Below are positions 1-13,326 of a stretch of DNA of 64,000 nt, in pieces. This DNA comes from Vermamoeba vermiformis (Eukaryota): positions 372,001 to 436,000 of the forward strand of contig JBEWZL010000123.1 in the NCBI GenBank assembly GCA_045837725.1, in the 5' to 3' direction. Below the pieces are notes generated by a model, which saw only the letters and a program-made list of their open reading frames with translations, made no database searches and was not told where the DNA came from. Every line of letters starts with the position of its first letter. The stretch's first letter is position 1. The translations under genes and the position numbers were made by a program.

Positions 1-332
1 ATCTCCATCTTGCTTTGCACAAATGTAGAATTCCGGTGCAATCCAGCTGGTACTCAATAGTGCATAATTTATAAACCAATAATGGATTTGTGCTGTACTC
101 TACGAGTTCCGTGAAAATAAGTGGTCTAAAAGGAAAAAAAATCCGAGCTTTGCCAATACATGGATATTCCAGCCACGAAATTTCCCACGTTACCCTGGTT
201 GATCACGCGCGTGGATCCACCGATCTGTCTTTGTTTGCTATTGGTAAACCCTGTACCGTAACTTCCTTGGTGTACTCAGTGTACCGTAGGACAACAAGCA
301 GCGTTGCTAAATTGTGTTATTATGCGCATTTA

Positions 333-1071
333 TTAATTAATATCGTTAGTCTCTTTCGATAAATACATTTTTGCAGCTTGAAAGTCAAATAAAACGCGGT
401 GATGATGTTCGAACAAATCGTAACCAATAATGGCCGTAGCTTTGCCCGTTATTGCTGATTCCTAACATCATCTGCTCGAGCGTTTGTGGCAAATTTCCAA
501 ATTTGGTAACAAAAGAATCGCCTATAGTCACTGGAATGGCGTACAGATCCGTCGACCAAGATCCAAAAGACGGATAAAAATCATTGCCTTGGCCTACTAC
601 GTCATATGCGCTGGTTATAGAACGTGGATAATATGATATTTTAGCGCCAGTATCAATTAGAGCAGTGGCTGGTGAGTCGTCAATTTCAACTGAAATGGAT
701 GGGACCGTATCTACAGATGCGAGTTAGAACTTGATCACAATATGAAATTTCGTGCATTTCTTACTAGGAGTATGCATATTAATCACGAATTCGTCGCCTT
801 TAAGCGCAGCACTAGAGTTGTCTCGCTTGTGCAGTTTGAATTTCTTTTGCTGCAACGAGATCTCGACTAGAAATTCCTTCATGACTGAAATTCCTAATAA
901 GCAATCAAATGTATATCCTACTAGCTGCGATAACTTCTTTACTGGAACTCCACCGTAGCTGGATGTGACTGGGAAGGTCATTGATCCGATCTTCAACGGC
1001 TCATCAGCAATCGTTGCTGGACTTCCAGTATCAATTAATATGCGCCTACTATTTGGGAATAAGGCGATCAT
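333..1071 (-). CDS. Two-domain retropepsin-like aspartyl protease with an apparent 1-nt frameshift near 461
   Basis: Two DTG motifs (ILIDTGSP, ALIDTGAKISY), each followed by an LLG/IIG motif (DCLLGISVM; TAIIGYDLF). One GT-AG intron at 711-764. The final IIGYDLF...KETNDIN* segment is in a shifted frame. Confidence 0.65.
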
Positions 1072-1630
1072 ATGGTTGTCGTGTAGTTCTAGATCGAACT
1101 CAAAACTCTGTTCTGAATTTGCGTTCTATCCATCGAAGAAAATCAGAAAAAATGCTATTATATTTTACGTGGTATTTTAGTGCTCAAATTTACAACTAGT
1201 TTTAAAGTAGAAATGATCTGATTTAAAATAAAAAAAGCACCAGTTCGCCTTCAAGACTAAATTTCATTTGTAAGGGCATTTGCGATCTTACCTCCATGTG
1301 TATTGATTTGTGTTTGTAATCTTGAGTAATATATTAAAGATCGCGATTTTTATTCAACGTAACAAGACCGGTGTTAACAAAATTTTGACCGAGAATTCGT
1401 TAAAAACGTCTTGGTGACGATTGTAAGATTCAGGGACATTCGTTCGAGCATATTTTTAATACACATATTTTCTCATAACTATACGAACGTAAATAAGGCT
1501 TAGACGCATCAACTGGAGATCAGATTCGGACACAAAATCGAAAATCTATTTACAACTAAACAAAAATACAACGGCAAAGAAAAAATTACTCGCTAAGCTA
1601 AGTTATAAGAAACTCCTTCTATTAGCCCTC

Positions 1631-3415
1631 CTAAAGCATCTCAAAGTCATCAGCGGATCTCCTACAAAAAATTTTTGTGTTAATTATCCGCTCTAGATGA
1701 ACTATTAGCCTTTTAGATTATTACTTACTTCTTCATGCACATTACGACACCAAAAGTAGCACCGCCAGCAACCAAAACAACGGTCACTACAATAACAACC
1801 AACGCCGTAGTAGAAACGCTAAAATAAAAGTTCGGTTAGATCCGCTATTATATTTAATACTTAATATTAATAGAACATACCCAGTATCATAAGCAACGCC
1901 AATAGCAAAAGCATAAGAAATTCTATCGGCAGATCCAACAACCGTCAAATTAGCGTGGAAGTCCTTCTGACTGATAGCATTGGAGAGAATAACGAAGTCA
2001 TATTTAGACAGTTGTCCTTCGTTATCAATAGCCAATGAAGAGTTGAACCATAATTGATAGAGCTCGTTATTAACATGAGACAGATGCGTAACGAACGGCA
2101 TCGATTTTGAGTCTTTGAATGGTGCGCGAAGTTCCTTAGGATACTTCAATAAAGATCTAGCAGCCAAGTGAGATGATTGGCTGAACTATATTATCATAAA
2201 TAAAATATTAGAATAAATTAGCAAAATAGTATTTTGGATCTGATCTCGAAAACTCGCGTAGGAATAGTTACTTACGTAAACTAAGCTCATAGACGTGTTA
2301 GTCACTGATGCGTTATACTGAATAGCATAGAAGCTTTGTTGTGAGGGCACGGCATTGAAGCTGTAATAGAACTCGTTGGATGCGATGTTCAAACAGCCCG
2401 ATACGTAAGAATTGTTGAAATAGGTCTTAGGGATGTGCAATTCGTTTGTGTTAGCTCCAAGGACATATTGGCATACTGATTGGCCTTTAGTGGTCTTATA
2501 AACGACAATTGCCGCGTGATTGGACAGATCTAGCCAGAAAAAATGTTAGAATAATTATATTATTCAAGTTACGAATACAAATGGCCTAGCTATTGTTTCA
2601 GTAATGGAACGGTATATTATTTTAAATTATTTGAGGTACAATTCAGAATTTGCTTGGATGCGGTTGTTTGAAAACTTACCAGCAGCGCCAGCGTAAGGTG
2701 AGATATTAGCATAATCTTTATCAGCCATCCAATACTGGCTAACATTTCCTGATCTGAGGTCGACTGAAATTACGCAAGAACGGTACTCTTGTTTGGGCGG
2801 ATTCAGCGGAAAAGTAGCGTTGTTGGTCGTGTTACTAGGATATTGATAAATGCATTCTCCAAAAGCCACGACTTTATCGTTCTTATAGTCGTAATTAACG
2901 GCCTTGTAGTTCTTTCCAATGACTGGATCTGCAACTTGAACGGATGTTTTAACTTCTCCAATCTTTGCAACGACGCCATAAATCTATATAACAATACTTG
3001 TTAATATTTTACTCGTCATCGGGAATAATAAAAAACGAAGTCAAAGGATTTGATCTGATATTTTTGGCGGTTTATGAAAATATGAAAAATTATGATATTT
3101 TTAATTAATTACCATTATATTACTGGCAGCAAGACCCTCGCTGATAGAATCTGTAGCATGTTGTTCTTGCCAAATGTAGAATTTTTGCTCAACGTCGTGA
3201 TAGAAAATATGACTGGCGGAGATGTTGACAGAATCAAACTGAGGCACGCTAACACTCGATACTATATCGCCCTTAGTGGCATCAATAGTATGAATAATAG
3301 CAGGACCATCGTTAGGCACGTCGAATATGAAGTATTCTTTGGGCGTTAGCGCGATCGTGCATCCAGCCAAGTAAATAATTAACAACGAAGCCAAAGGTAA
3401 CGAATACGACTTCAT
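1631..3415 (-). CDS. Secreted/single-pass membrane glycoprotein of unknown function (multi-exon)
   Basis: Signal peptide MKSYSLPLASLLIIYLAGCTIA and many N-x-S/T sites. A C-terminal TM segment (VVLVAGGATFGVVMCMKK) is followed by a short tail ending SADDFEML*. Confidence 0.65.
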
Positions 3416-4115
3416 TGTGATATATAGATATAAAGTATATATTGTGCGTGGTATAACGCTTTCAAAATTGATTAAAACTGAAAAATTTTTCGTGTTTTGA
3501 TCCTTTTCCAACCGAAACTTTGCACAACACAAAGAGGAAACTCGAAATTAGAAAAATAATTTAATAGCATGTGATATTTATCTCGTACCTACCCTGAACA
3601 GATTGTATTTGGTAGTAGTACGTATTTAGGTACGCGATCTGGTTGGCTAATTTGGCAAGGGCAGTATTAATTCGTGTAAGTGCCTATTTGTGCCTAAATA
3701 TTTTTAAAGTGAGATTATTAGTGAATACTATTTTTAAAAAAATTATGTTCCGTTTGATCGGATCAACTTTTTTTCCCGGGATGAATCGCGGGTGGTAGAA
3801 AGAGATTTTTTGGATGGCCACGGAACTCCTAAGAGACCGTCACGAACTTAAGATACCATGTTACAGTCACTTTGAAACTCCGAAACATAGGTACGATGCC
3901 TGCCAACCTTTTCATTAATTAAACAGAATTGCTCGCTAACAGTTATGATTGGAATTCTAGGCTGAGCGTGCAGTAAATATGACAGCATCAAGACACCACT
4001 GCGCCACGTGATTCATTCGTTGAAGCCAATAAGCGAAAAATGTCAATTATTGCGCTTGACATTTTTTATTCCAGATCCGCAACACCTAATTAACAACAAC
4101 AAATATCTCCGTATA

Positions 4116-7100
4116 ATGGTCAAAAGGGTGAATATATTTATATGCGTAATATTGTTATTATTGCAAATCTTGGGAGGCCTTGGGATCAGAATTCCATCTA
4201 ACAACGGTTATGTACATATGGCGGCTGATTCGCCAGATCTGATGGCTGTTTTTAAAAGCTCCGGACTTCCACTGAAAGGCAGCCCTTCAATTATGCTGCC
4301 TATATAATCTAACAGAATCAGTCCGGTAAATATTCGTTATCAACATCCTCGGCAATTAATAAATTTACTAATATTTATTAATAAAAATTAATAGGGCTTC
4401 AGGCGATATTAGCTTCGAGTTTCGAATCAAATTATTTGACGTGGAAGGATTTCCACATCTGTTGCTGGCTCCTGGAATTGGTCAACCTGGCTCCGGTACT
4501 GAATATAGCTCGCCCACTGTATACTATGGAAACGATACTCGAGTTTATTTCCTGTACGTGCAAATCTTCGGATCGATCCGGCTATTTTTAGCTCCTGACA
4601 CGTTAAATTAGTTTCTGGGACAATTCAGACCCTCCAGCGATGTCCAAACCTGCTAATTTGACTGATGGAGAATGGCATATGATTTCTGCTGTATTAAGCA
4701 ACTCTACGACCCAATATTATGCAGTAAGTTTGATATTCAAAATTGGCGCTGGATGTGTCTCGTTAACAGTTCGTTTAACTAGATCTATATTGATGGACAA
4801 TTAATGACCGATGGTTCTAGACATGTTGGAAAATATTCTTATACCGGAGGATCGCCACCTCCTTATCATTTTTTAGCGGGTGGCGCATGCAAGTCTGGTC
4901 TTAGTTGGCCAGCTTTGCCAGGTAAGCTTAATATAAATTAATAAAAATAATCAATTATTTAAATTTGCTCGTACGATTATTTTCTTACAATATTTCTTTA
5001 GACGGCATTCAAGAATGCTTTTTCAACGGCTACATCGATGAATTCCGGATCTGGTCCAAAGCACTAACCCCCGAGGAAATTCAAGTGAAATCTCAATTCA
5101 AATCTCTTTGGAGACGAGGATAGATTGGCCTATGCATTGTCCTTTGATGAAATGAGACAAAGTTTCATGAAATATTTCCCTGGGTTGAATCCAGGATCCG
5201 ACGACTCGTATCTATATCAACGCACTGACACTTCTTCCTACAATCAATCTGTAGTATTCATACCATCGGTTATGACCGTTGAAACTATCTTTGTGGATCT
5301 GAACGAGACTCACGCTCAAACGACACTCGTCTATATTAATCCTTCAGACACCGATGAATTTCATCCACTTGGGCGGAATAATTATTTCCTAGTCAACAAC
5401 ACGCAGCGAGTAAGTTACAAAAAAGAGTGCCTATATAATTATGACTTTGACACGTGTCACCGTTCGTGAAAAAATTAATTTTGTACTTTGATGACACCTT
5501 ACGGACATTTTGACGCTTTTGACAGGTGTCATTTATTCTAATCTATCTCTTTGCAGATTTTGAATTTGAGCCAGCCGCAAGAATTCGCTAGTGGCTCCAC
5601 GACCAAGTTCACGCTGGTCTGGACTAAATCCAACGGAACAACATTTACTTACAATTTTGGCAATATTAAGTCGATTTCAATGAGCATCACGACCTATCAA
5701 CCTCCAATCAGCACTGTGGAGCCAATAGATTCTCTTGCGCCACTCGGTGCTGTCGAGCCTGTTTCCGACCCTTCAAACCAAACTGTCGCCATTGCAGTCG
5801 GCGTGACAGTACCGCTAGTCGTAGTAGGTGTCGGGGCTGCAGTCTTGGCGGTACTGTTGATTCGAAGAAAGAAAAAGGCAGCCAAAGAAAAGACCTTCGC
5901 GGACAAGCAAGGCGCGATCATTCAAAGCCGCAAAGTTGAAATCAAAAATAAGATTGGCAGCGGCTCGTTCGGCGATGTTTGGAAAGGTATTTGGCGCGGC
6001 AAAGAAGTCGCCGTGAAAGAAGTCAAGAGCGGAGCTGACGCGTCTTTCTTGAACGAAATCAAAATCATGGCGTAAGTTGTTGTTTGACCCTAACTTTGTC
6101 CCTCTTACGCGACTCACCTTTGGTTCTGCAGTAAACTTCCACCACATGAAAACGTCATGGAGGTCTATGGTGCTATAATCGACGCTGATTCACCCTCGTT
6201 AGTGCTCGAGTATTGTGGCGGAGGTAAGCCAAACATCACTTCCTGCTTGGGTCACATCCGGAGATCTGATCCACTTTTGAACTTTAGGCAGTCTCGACTT
6301 CTTGCTGTATGACTCTGAAGAGCCTATTCGTGAGGAAGAGATGCTCAAATTAGCACTGGGCATTGCACGAGGCATGGAACATTTGCACAAGTACAACATT
6401 GTGCACCGTGATTTGGCTGCACGAAACGTGCTTGTAAGCCCAATACAATTCTTTCTTGCAAATATTTAGCATTACTAACAACAAGCTATTTTTGCAGCTC
6501 ACTACCGCCCATGTCCCAAAGATTTGCGTAAGTTTAATGGTACTTGTTTCTGTGGATCTTGTGCTCACGGGCTATCTCTAGGACTTTGGCATGTCTCGAA
6601 CCGTTGCTGAACGCAACATGTCGAACAAAACTAAGAATGATATGGGTCCTATCAGATGGATGGTAAGTCATAAAAACATTACCTTATTGTGCGTAAGGTG
6701 TGATTACTGACGAATTGACTTTAGGCACCCGAAGCACTGGAGCAAGAATACAGCACCAAGACTGATGTTTGGAGCTATGGTATTGTGTTGAGTGAGATTA
6801 CTTCGAGACGAGAACCGCACACGGACGTTGATCCGTTGAAAATTGCTCTGCAAATTCGGTGCGTACCTCATTGTTTTATTGACATTTTGACACTTTGACG
6901 ATATCGCCCAAAGCTCATCTTTGGCGATAATCTTTAGCTTAATGTCCTTTGTTTATCGTTTAAATATCTTTCGATTTCATGCTAATGACTCCCCGTTTTA
7001 GTGACGAGAAGATGACTCCTAAGATTGTCGACAACTGTCCCCCAGCCTTAGCGGACCTGATGCGAATGTGCTGGAATCCTAATCCCGCTGAACGCCCTGA

Positions 7101-7149
7101 GTTCTCAAAGATCGTTGAGTTGCTCGAACTGGTCGTGCAAAAGAAGTAG
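4116..7149 (+). CDS. Receptor-type tyrosine-kinase-like (TKL) kinase with a LamG/concanavalin-A-like ectodomain
   Basis: Signal peptide; LamG-like motifs ([37 protein letters not shown]); TM segment ([31 protein letters not shown]). Kinase motifs [26 protein letters not shown] and GPIRWMAPE are spread over exons. Confidence 0.9.
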
Positions 7150-7391
7150 AAGACCGACAATTTTTGTCAAACCCTAACCCTAAAAATTTTGAATTTGTGT
7201 ACAATAGAAGTAAACATATTTAATCGCTAATTGCGTGTAAACGGTATTTTATTTACAAAAGATCGTGTTTACTTTGACGTGCATGCACCAGATTAACTTT
7301 GCTTCGGACACGATCCGGATCTAACATAAGTCCGCTATTGCACCGAGGATTTGATTCATCCCTTGATGATCAGCCTCGGTTTATTTAAGAT

Positions 7392-10300
7392 TTAGTCCTC
7401 GTGTTTTTTAATCGCAGCAAGGTAGTCAGCGTTGAGCCAAGCAAATCCTAACATTGGAACCTCATCGTGCTGATGTTTTGGACGAGGTTCTGTGGCATGG
7501 CTAGCACACGATTCGTAGGCTACAAAGTACCAAGCTGCTGCCTTTGCCTTCTTCTTCGTTTGAAATATCTGATCAAAATCGATTACTAAATTAGGAAAGC
7601 TTAAAAAGTGTTGCAAAGGTACCTGCTTGCGAGTCATTAGGATCGAAGCCTTCGTTAAATTTATGAATGTAATATTCCCTAACTTGCGATAACCTCGTGC
7701 CTAGATTTTCTCTCGTAGCACTATTGATTTAACGGGCAATTAGCGAATGCAGATCCAGATCTCGAAATTACGTACTAATCTTTTTTCTTGGCGAATCGTT
7801 TGTTGCATTTTAAGATATTTCCGGTCAATATCTCCGCTTCGCTTTGAATGCCGTATTGTCGTAATATCCTCATATTATCTTCAACATATTCCAAATAGAT
7901 TTGTGTCGCTTCTTCGACGTATTCCTCAAACCCTAGAAAAAATCATCATTTCCAAATTAGGAAATCCATCCAAACGTGAAACAACAACTAATAAATACCT
8001 TCGCATAATAGAGACTTATCAACCTCAATCTTCTTGATGTTCGGAGCAGTGTTCTTTCGGTGTTTGACCAGACGCCTGAATGACTCGGCAATGAAGCTCG
8101 TGCCCTTAAATGAAATCTCCCTATTCTTTTCCATATACTCAGGATACTGCTTCGCCCAATCACCGTCCGTGTAGTCCGCTGGCACACCTGCAAATATATG
8201 CCCATGTCAAACTAGTTGTTTGGATTGAAATTTGCAGATTGCCAAATATGGCGTACCTGTCTTAGCAAAGTCAATGGCAATGGCGTGCTTTGCAGCCATA
8301 TCGCGACACTTGTCAGTTGACGCGTCAAGTCCGCGCTCTTCAGCATAAGCTTGCCAAGACGTGTCAATCAAGCCAATCACATCGCGATCAATGTACTCCA
8401 AAAAGAAGTTCGCGACGTCTTTGGGATATTTCACGGGTCTTTGTTTGACAACAGGCTTGGGATATTCCGCTGGCTCGCACGTGGTTGGTGGAATCAATTC
8501 TTCGTCCCAAATAACCGTATAAAAATCTCCGTCCAAATCTCCACCTGAGAAGATCCTAATTAGCTCTAGCCCCTATTTATATTATAATATAGATAGATTC
8601 TTACCGGCCATCATGTCCATTAAAGGCCTGGATCCGTCTCGCGGAAAAACTACAACGTTTTCCAGATGCGACAGCCGTTCTTTGTCAACGCATTGAACGA
8701 CTCGGATGTCACCTGGATCTAAGCAAGGATTTCGCGTGACGAATGCTTTTTTCTTAATGACTTCACCTGAATCGCGAAAGAATTCAGTGTACGGGATTTT
8801 GCCAAAAAAGGAAACTTACCGTTCACTTTAACGTAGATTTCGTTTGATCCAAGGCATTTGTATTCATCAATAACACCGTATAATAATGCTCCCAAAGGCA
8901 CGTGTATTCTAGTACGGCTGATCATGTCGTTCATCAACTTTTGACAGTAAAGTCGGATCACGGTGCGCAAGTAGGGCTCGTTGAGTCCAAACAAGGGCAA
9001 ATAGTTTGATAATAATTGTGTCGTATAATCATTCGGATTAGTGTTCCTAACGAATTCGATGCATTGTTCAGCGGATCTGTTGCCTTCTAATATTTGCAAT
9101 GCCTCTTCAATCATTTGTCTTTCTAGCCGTTCAAATCCTTTGGTCGACTTAACTCCCAATGTGACCAATAGCGTAATTATTTGCCTATTTAAGTAAGCAG
9201 GATGATACGACGAGTATCCGACGATTTCAAACTCGGTGTGATCGCTGTCAAATTTCTTCATTGACTGTCGCAAATGTACTTTTCGTTCAGTGAAAGTTGG
9301 GTCTACGACAACCATGCCTTTATAGCCTTATGCAAACCGTCATTGGATTTCCAAATAAGGAAAGTGATTGAAAGCATCCTACCTTTAAACCTTATTTGGA
9401 ATGCTGCAGGCAAGAATTTCAACTTGAGTTCGTTCTTAATATGCACCGCGTATTCGAGTGATATTTTGCCAATGCCATCGGTGAAGTTGTACTCGACTGT
9501 CTTGCCATTCTTAGTGGCTTTCACTTTGACATCGGGAATTTCTTTGTAGTCGTCAGGACTGAGATGGCCCACCGCATAAGTCGTAGTAAAACACTGAGCT
9601 AGAATAGTGCCATATCAACATACGTGTCAAAGTGTCACAAATGTCAATGTGTCAAATTTTTCCTTACCGATCCGAGCACCAACTTTGGCGGGAATTTTCT
9701 CCTTCGAGAAGGTTCCCAAGTCATTAAATATGTATTCTCGGGTGATTAGCCGTCCTTCGTGCATGAATTCTGTCATAAAGAAGCACGAGCGCTGTCGTAG
9801 CTGCGAGTTTGAATACGCCAAAAATTGAAATAGCCTTTTGTGGTAAAAAGACATGTTAGCTCGCATAATGATTTATATTATGACGTACCATTGCCCTATG
9901 TATATTCCATGATCCCTTATCTTCCTAAATTGAGCCTTGATATCTTTGCCCATGTTGTTCATTGGTCCAAAGTTCTCGTCCAAAAAGACGACACGGAGAA
10001 AATTGAAAATATTCTGCGGGTACTTTCGTTGAACTCTATTTGATACTTCATAAAATACTCCTTCAATATAGTACTTTGACGGCGTAATAATCAAATGAAA
10101 AGTTGGCACTAGATTCGGATTTGAAGGGTAAAAAGTTGAAGGCACTTTGTCAAGTTGCTTAGGGTTGATCGCCTTGACCATTTCGACTTTTTCTTGGAAT
10201 ATTCGCAAAGGATTTAATATTTCTTCTTCTTCTTGCATCATTAGCAGCGCACGTAATCGGATGTTTTCGGGAGTTTGCGAAATTTCCTCGAAGAATTCGT

Positions 10301-11486
10301 TTGTGACGAGATATCTGTTGGTGTTTTTGCTAACCAAAGCCTCTATTAATAGTACTATTTCAATAGGCATCTCCTTAGGAAATTGCGTTATCTCTGTAGC
10401 ATTGTCACTGATCCGCAGTTTTTGCTCCACGTTGTTTTTGTACTTGATGATATTATGCAAGATGTTACTATCCTTGGGCTCAATAAATAGCAAAATAGCA
10501 TTGCACTTGTTATTTTTGACCAAAATATCCATCAGCGATCGTCGTACTTTGCCATCTTCATAAAATATTTTCGGCGCGCTTCTCCACTGGATCGAGAATT
10601 CTCGTTTCGTCAAATTGATCCTATAAATATCCTTCAATAGTATTTCTATTGAATACGAATGGCTATTTGTGTTTAAACAAAATGTTAAGGCACGGTAAGT
10701 ATGGCTAATACTGATCGATTCAATATCCTCGCTTGAACTCTTATCCACGACATTGAATGTCTCGCTATCGGATAAATATCCGATCAAGAAATAATTCTCC
10801 GTGGATTTAATCACTCGCTTCTTTTCTCTCTTTTCTTCTCCGTCATTAGATCCGTTGGAATCTTTCTGATCTTGATTGTTTCGGCTCTTGACGGGGTAAT
10901 TTATCATTATTTGTTTTCCTTTTATGAAAATATTCTTATTCTTTAGCTTGGCGACCATATCTCTGCTTAAGGAATCGATTAAATTTTTGACCTCGGAATT
11001 GGATCCATCAAAGATAACGCTCTCTAAATATTTAATCGCCCAAAAACAATTGATATGCTTATTATACTTACTCCTGACAATTTATAAAGGATATAAATGC
11101 GTAATTATTGTCAGACTTGAGCGTAATCTCTCGGACCGTTCCAAACTTTGAAAACGTGTTTCTTAAGTCCTCCTCGCTTACATTACGCGCCAAACTACCC
11201 ACAAATACATCTGCATAATAAATTTTCTTAATAATTGTCATATTGATTCCAACACGGCGGTTGAATTTCAACACGGCGTGCTGACTGAATCACACCTTGT
11301 TTGCTATTGTTATAATACGGAGCTCGATGATTGCTTTGAATGTTAGTCTTTACTGAAGCTATCAATGTATTAATATAGGGAGATATTATGAGGATTTAAG
11401 TGCGTACGTGCTTGAGCAGATCTGCCTTCTTGTTGATTATTGTTCGTAGGCAATCTCTTAGGCCTATAAGTGCCAGAAGAGCTCAT
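7392..11486 (-). CDS. Eukaryotic cellular RNA-dependent RNA polymerase (RNAi type) with an N-terminal RRM
   Basis: RRM (VFVGSLARNVSEEDLRNTFSKFGTV). RdRP motifs SNRVQR, FLRVVFLDE, FLAYSNSQLR, FTDGIGKIS, AFQIRFKG, LNRQIITLL and catalytic GGDLDGDFYTVIWDEELIP. Also AIDFAKTG and C-terminal FAW. Confidence 0.95.
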
Positions 11487-11830
11487 ATTATTATATTTCT
11501 GGTAACAGTAGGGCGTGTAGTTGCTAGTGAAGCGAGATCAGGTTGGATCCTACGATAAGCTGAAAATTAGTAATTTATTATCGCCGTGTTGGTATATTTA
11601 TCAACGTTTTATGTAATATTGTTTTAATTTTTGTCGGAAAATGCTTTTATCATAATTTTAGAATCGAGATCTACATCGCCGTGTTGGATCTTAATTTTAA
11701 AAACTCATAAAAAAAGAATGCGACTGCCAACTTTACCTTGTACCCGCGCAATTCATATAATCATAATAAAATTAGCAAATGCCTTTCAGAACTGGGTTCC
11801 GTGTCGATTTGTGATTTGAGTATCAAAAAA

Positions 11831-13119
11831 ATGATTTCGTGGCTCGATTTGCCGTTCGAGACCACAACTCAAATCCTCCGCAAATCTTTTGAGGATTTGT
11901 AACATGAGTTATTGTCTTATCAGTCCTGTCCTCTCCTCCTTCCTACTCTTGTCGTGTTCACCACATCCAGTTTTGAGTTAATTTTTATGTAACTAACTAC
12001 TTTATTAGCGTTGAATTACGAAAGACTTTATCTCGCAGTGGCTCCAGACATTCCTCAGGTGTATTCGACCTTCGTGGAAGCAAGGTACGTCATTTATTTT
12101 CGAATCTGCAATATTTTGCTGTTTAAGCTACAGAAAATACCGCCAAATTGCCGTCATAAACAACTATGAATCATTTATTCTATATTCTGTTAATATTGGG
12201 ATCGCACAATCTCCGCACGTCGGTCTCAAAGTCAACCCTGATCCACGCCCGAAAGTGTCCGGCTAAATACTGACGTTTCGTTTTAGTCACCAAGCTCCGA
12301 ATCCCTATCAACCGAGACTACACCCCGCGCTAGTATTGACGTGGATCAAGTCCGCGCCAAGGAGCAACAAGAGCGAGAATTGCAACAGAAACTGCAACGC
12401 GAGGCTGACGAGCGAGCAAAGCAAGAGAAAGAATTGCAAGAGAAGAAATTGGCTGAACAAAAGGCTAAAGAAGCTCAAGCCGCCAAAGAACGCGCCGAAA
12501 GAGAAAAACAAGAACGCGATCGAGCTCAAAAAGAGGCCCAAGAGAAAAAAGAGCGCGAAGCTCGTGAGGCCCAAGCTGTTAAAGAAAAAGGGGGAGGCGG
12601 GAGAGAAGCAGAGGAGAGCACCAGAAAGCGAAGGGAGCAAAGAAAGAACAAGAGAAGAAGAAAGCAACGGACGCTCAAGCCAAAGACCAAGCCAATAAGG
12701 AAGCTGCTCTACGAGAAGCTAAAGCCCGCGAAGAAGAAGCTGAACGAAGACAACGCGAACAAGCTGCCAAAGAAGAAGAGGCCAGCACTCAACCTCCTGA
12801 CGCTGAACCGACTCAAGTAAGCTCCAAATATATCACAAATTGCCTGTTTAACACTTTTTAGGCAAATTACAACGTTGTCATTACATGGTCGAATGAAACT
12901 GTGGCATCTGACAAGGTCTATGTTGCCGGTACTTTCTCATCCTGGCAAAAGGTAGAAATGACCAAGAAGAGCCCAAATACTGCTACCCTCGAGCTTAACC
13001 TCGCACCTGGCGCATATCAGTACAAATTCGTTGTTAATGATGATTGGAAATGCGATCCGAACCAACCTACCCAAACCGACGGATCTGGTAACGTAAACAA
13101 TCAGATCGTCGTTGCTTAA
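11831..13119 (+). CDS. E/K/R/Q-rich charged-helix protein with a C-terminal AMPK-beta-type glycogen-binding (CBM48-like) domain
   Basis: The last exon reads VYVAGTFSSWQ...LAPGAYQYKFVVNDDWKCDP...DGSGNVNN. A long ER/K-rich helix precedes it. The frame is disrupted in a purine run at about 12585-12670, and the start codon is tentative. Confidence 0.7.
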
Positions 13120-13326
13120 GCTAAACGCATTGCTAAGCACCTCCATAATTCCTTCTTTTATTTATTGTTGTAATTAGTTAAAGCTGGCTAGATTAGATAA
13201 GTAGATCGGATCCAAATGTTTTGCTTTACATAATTTATTTTGGTGTATATTACAATCCTTCTTCTACGAGACAGGTTGAATTATTTAAATATTAGCATTA
13301 AGGCGCTAAATTAACCTTATGACATC

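Noticed and set aside
1-330. Possible 5' part of a minus-strand gene running off the window
   Set aside because: An open frame exists, but I could not support a start, splice pattern or domain.
4210-4310. Premature stop in the kinase first exon (IMLPI*)
   Set aside because: Resolved by a GTACAT...TGAAAG intron giving NGY-AALQLCC in frame.
7392-11486. RdRP as an endogenous viral element
   Set aside because: It has the cellular DLDGD motif and many introns, not a viral GDD polymerase.
12585-12670. Frame switch in the charged-helix gene, suggestive of programmed frameshifting
   Set aside because: It lies in a degenerate G/A-only stretch typical of low-quality sequence, with no slippery-site/structure pair evident.
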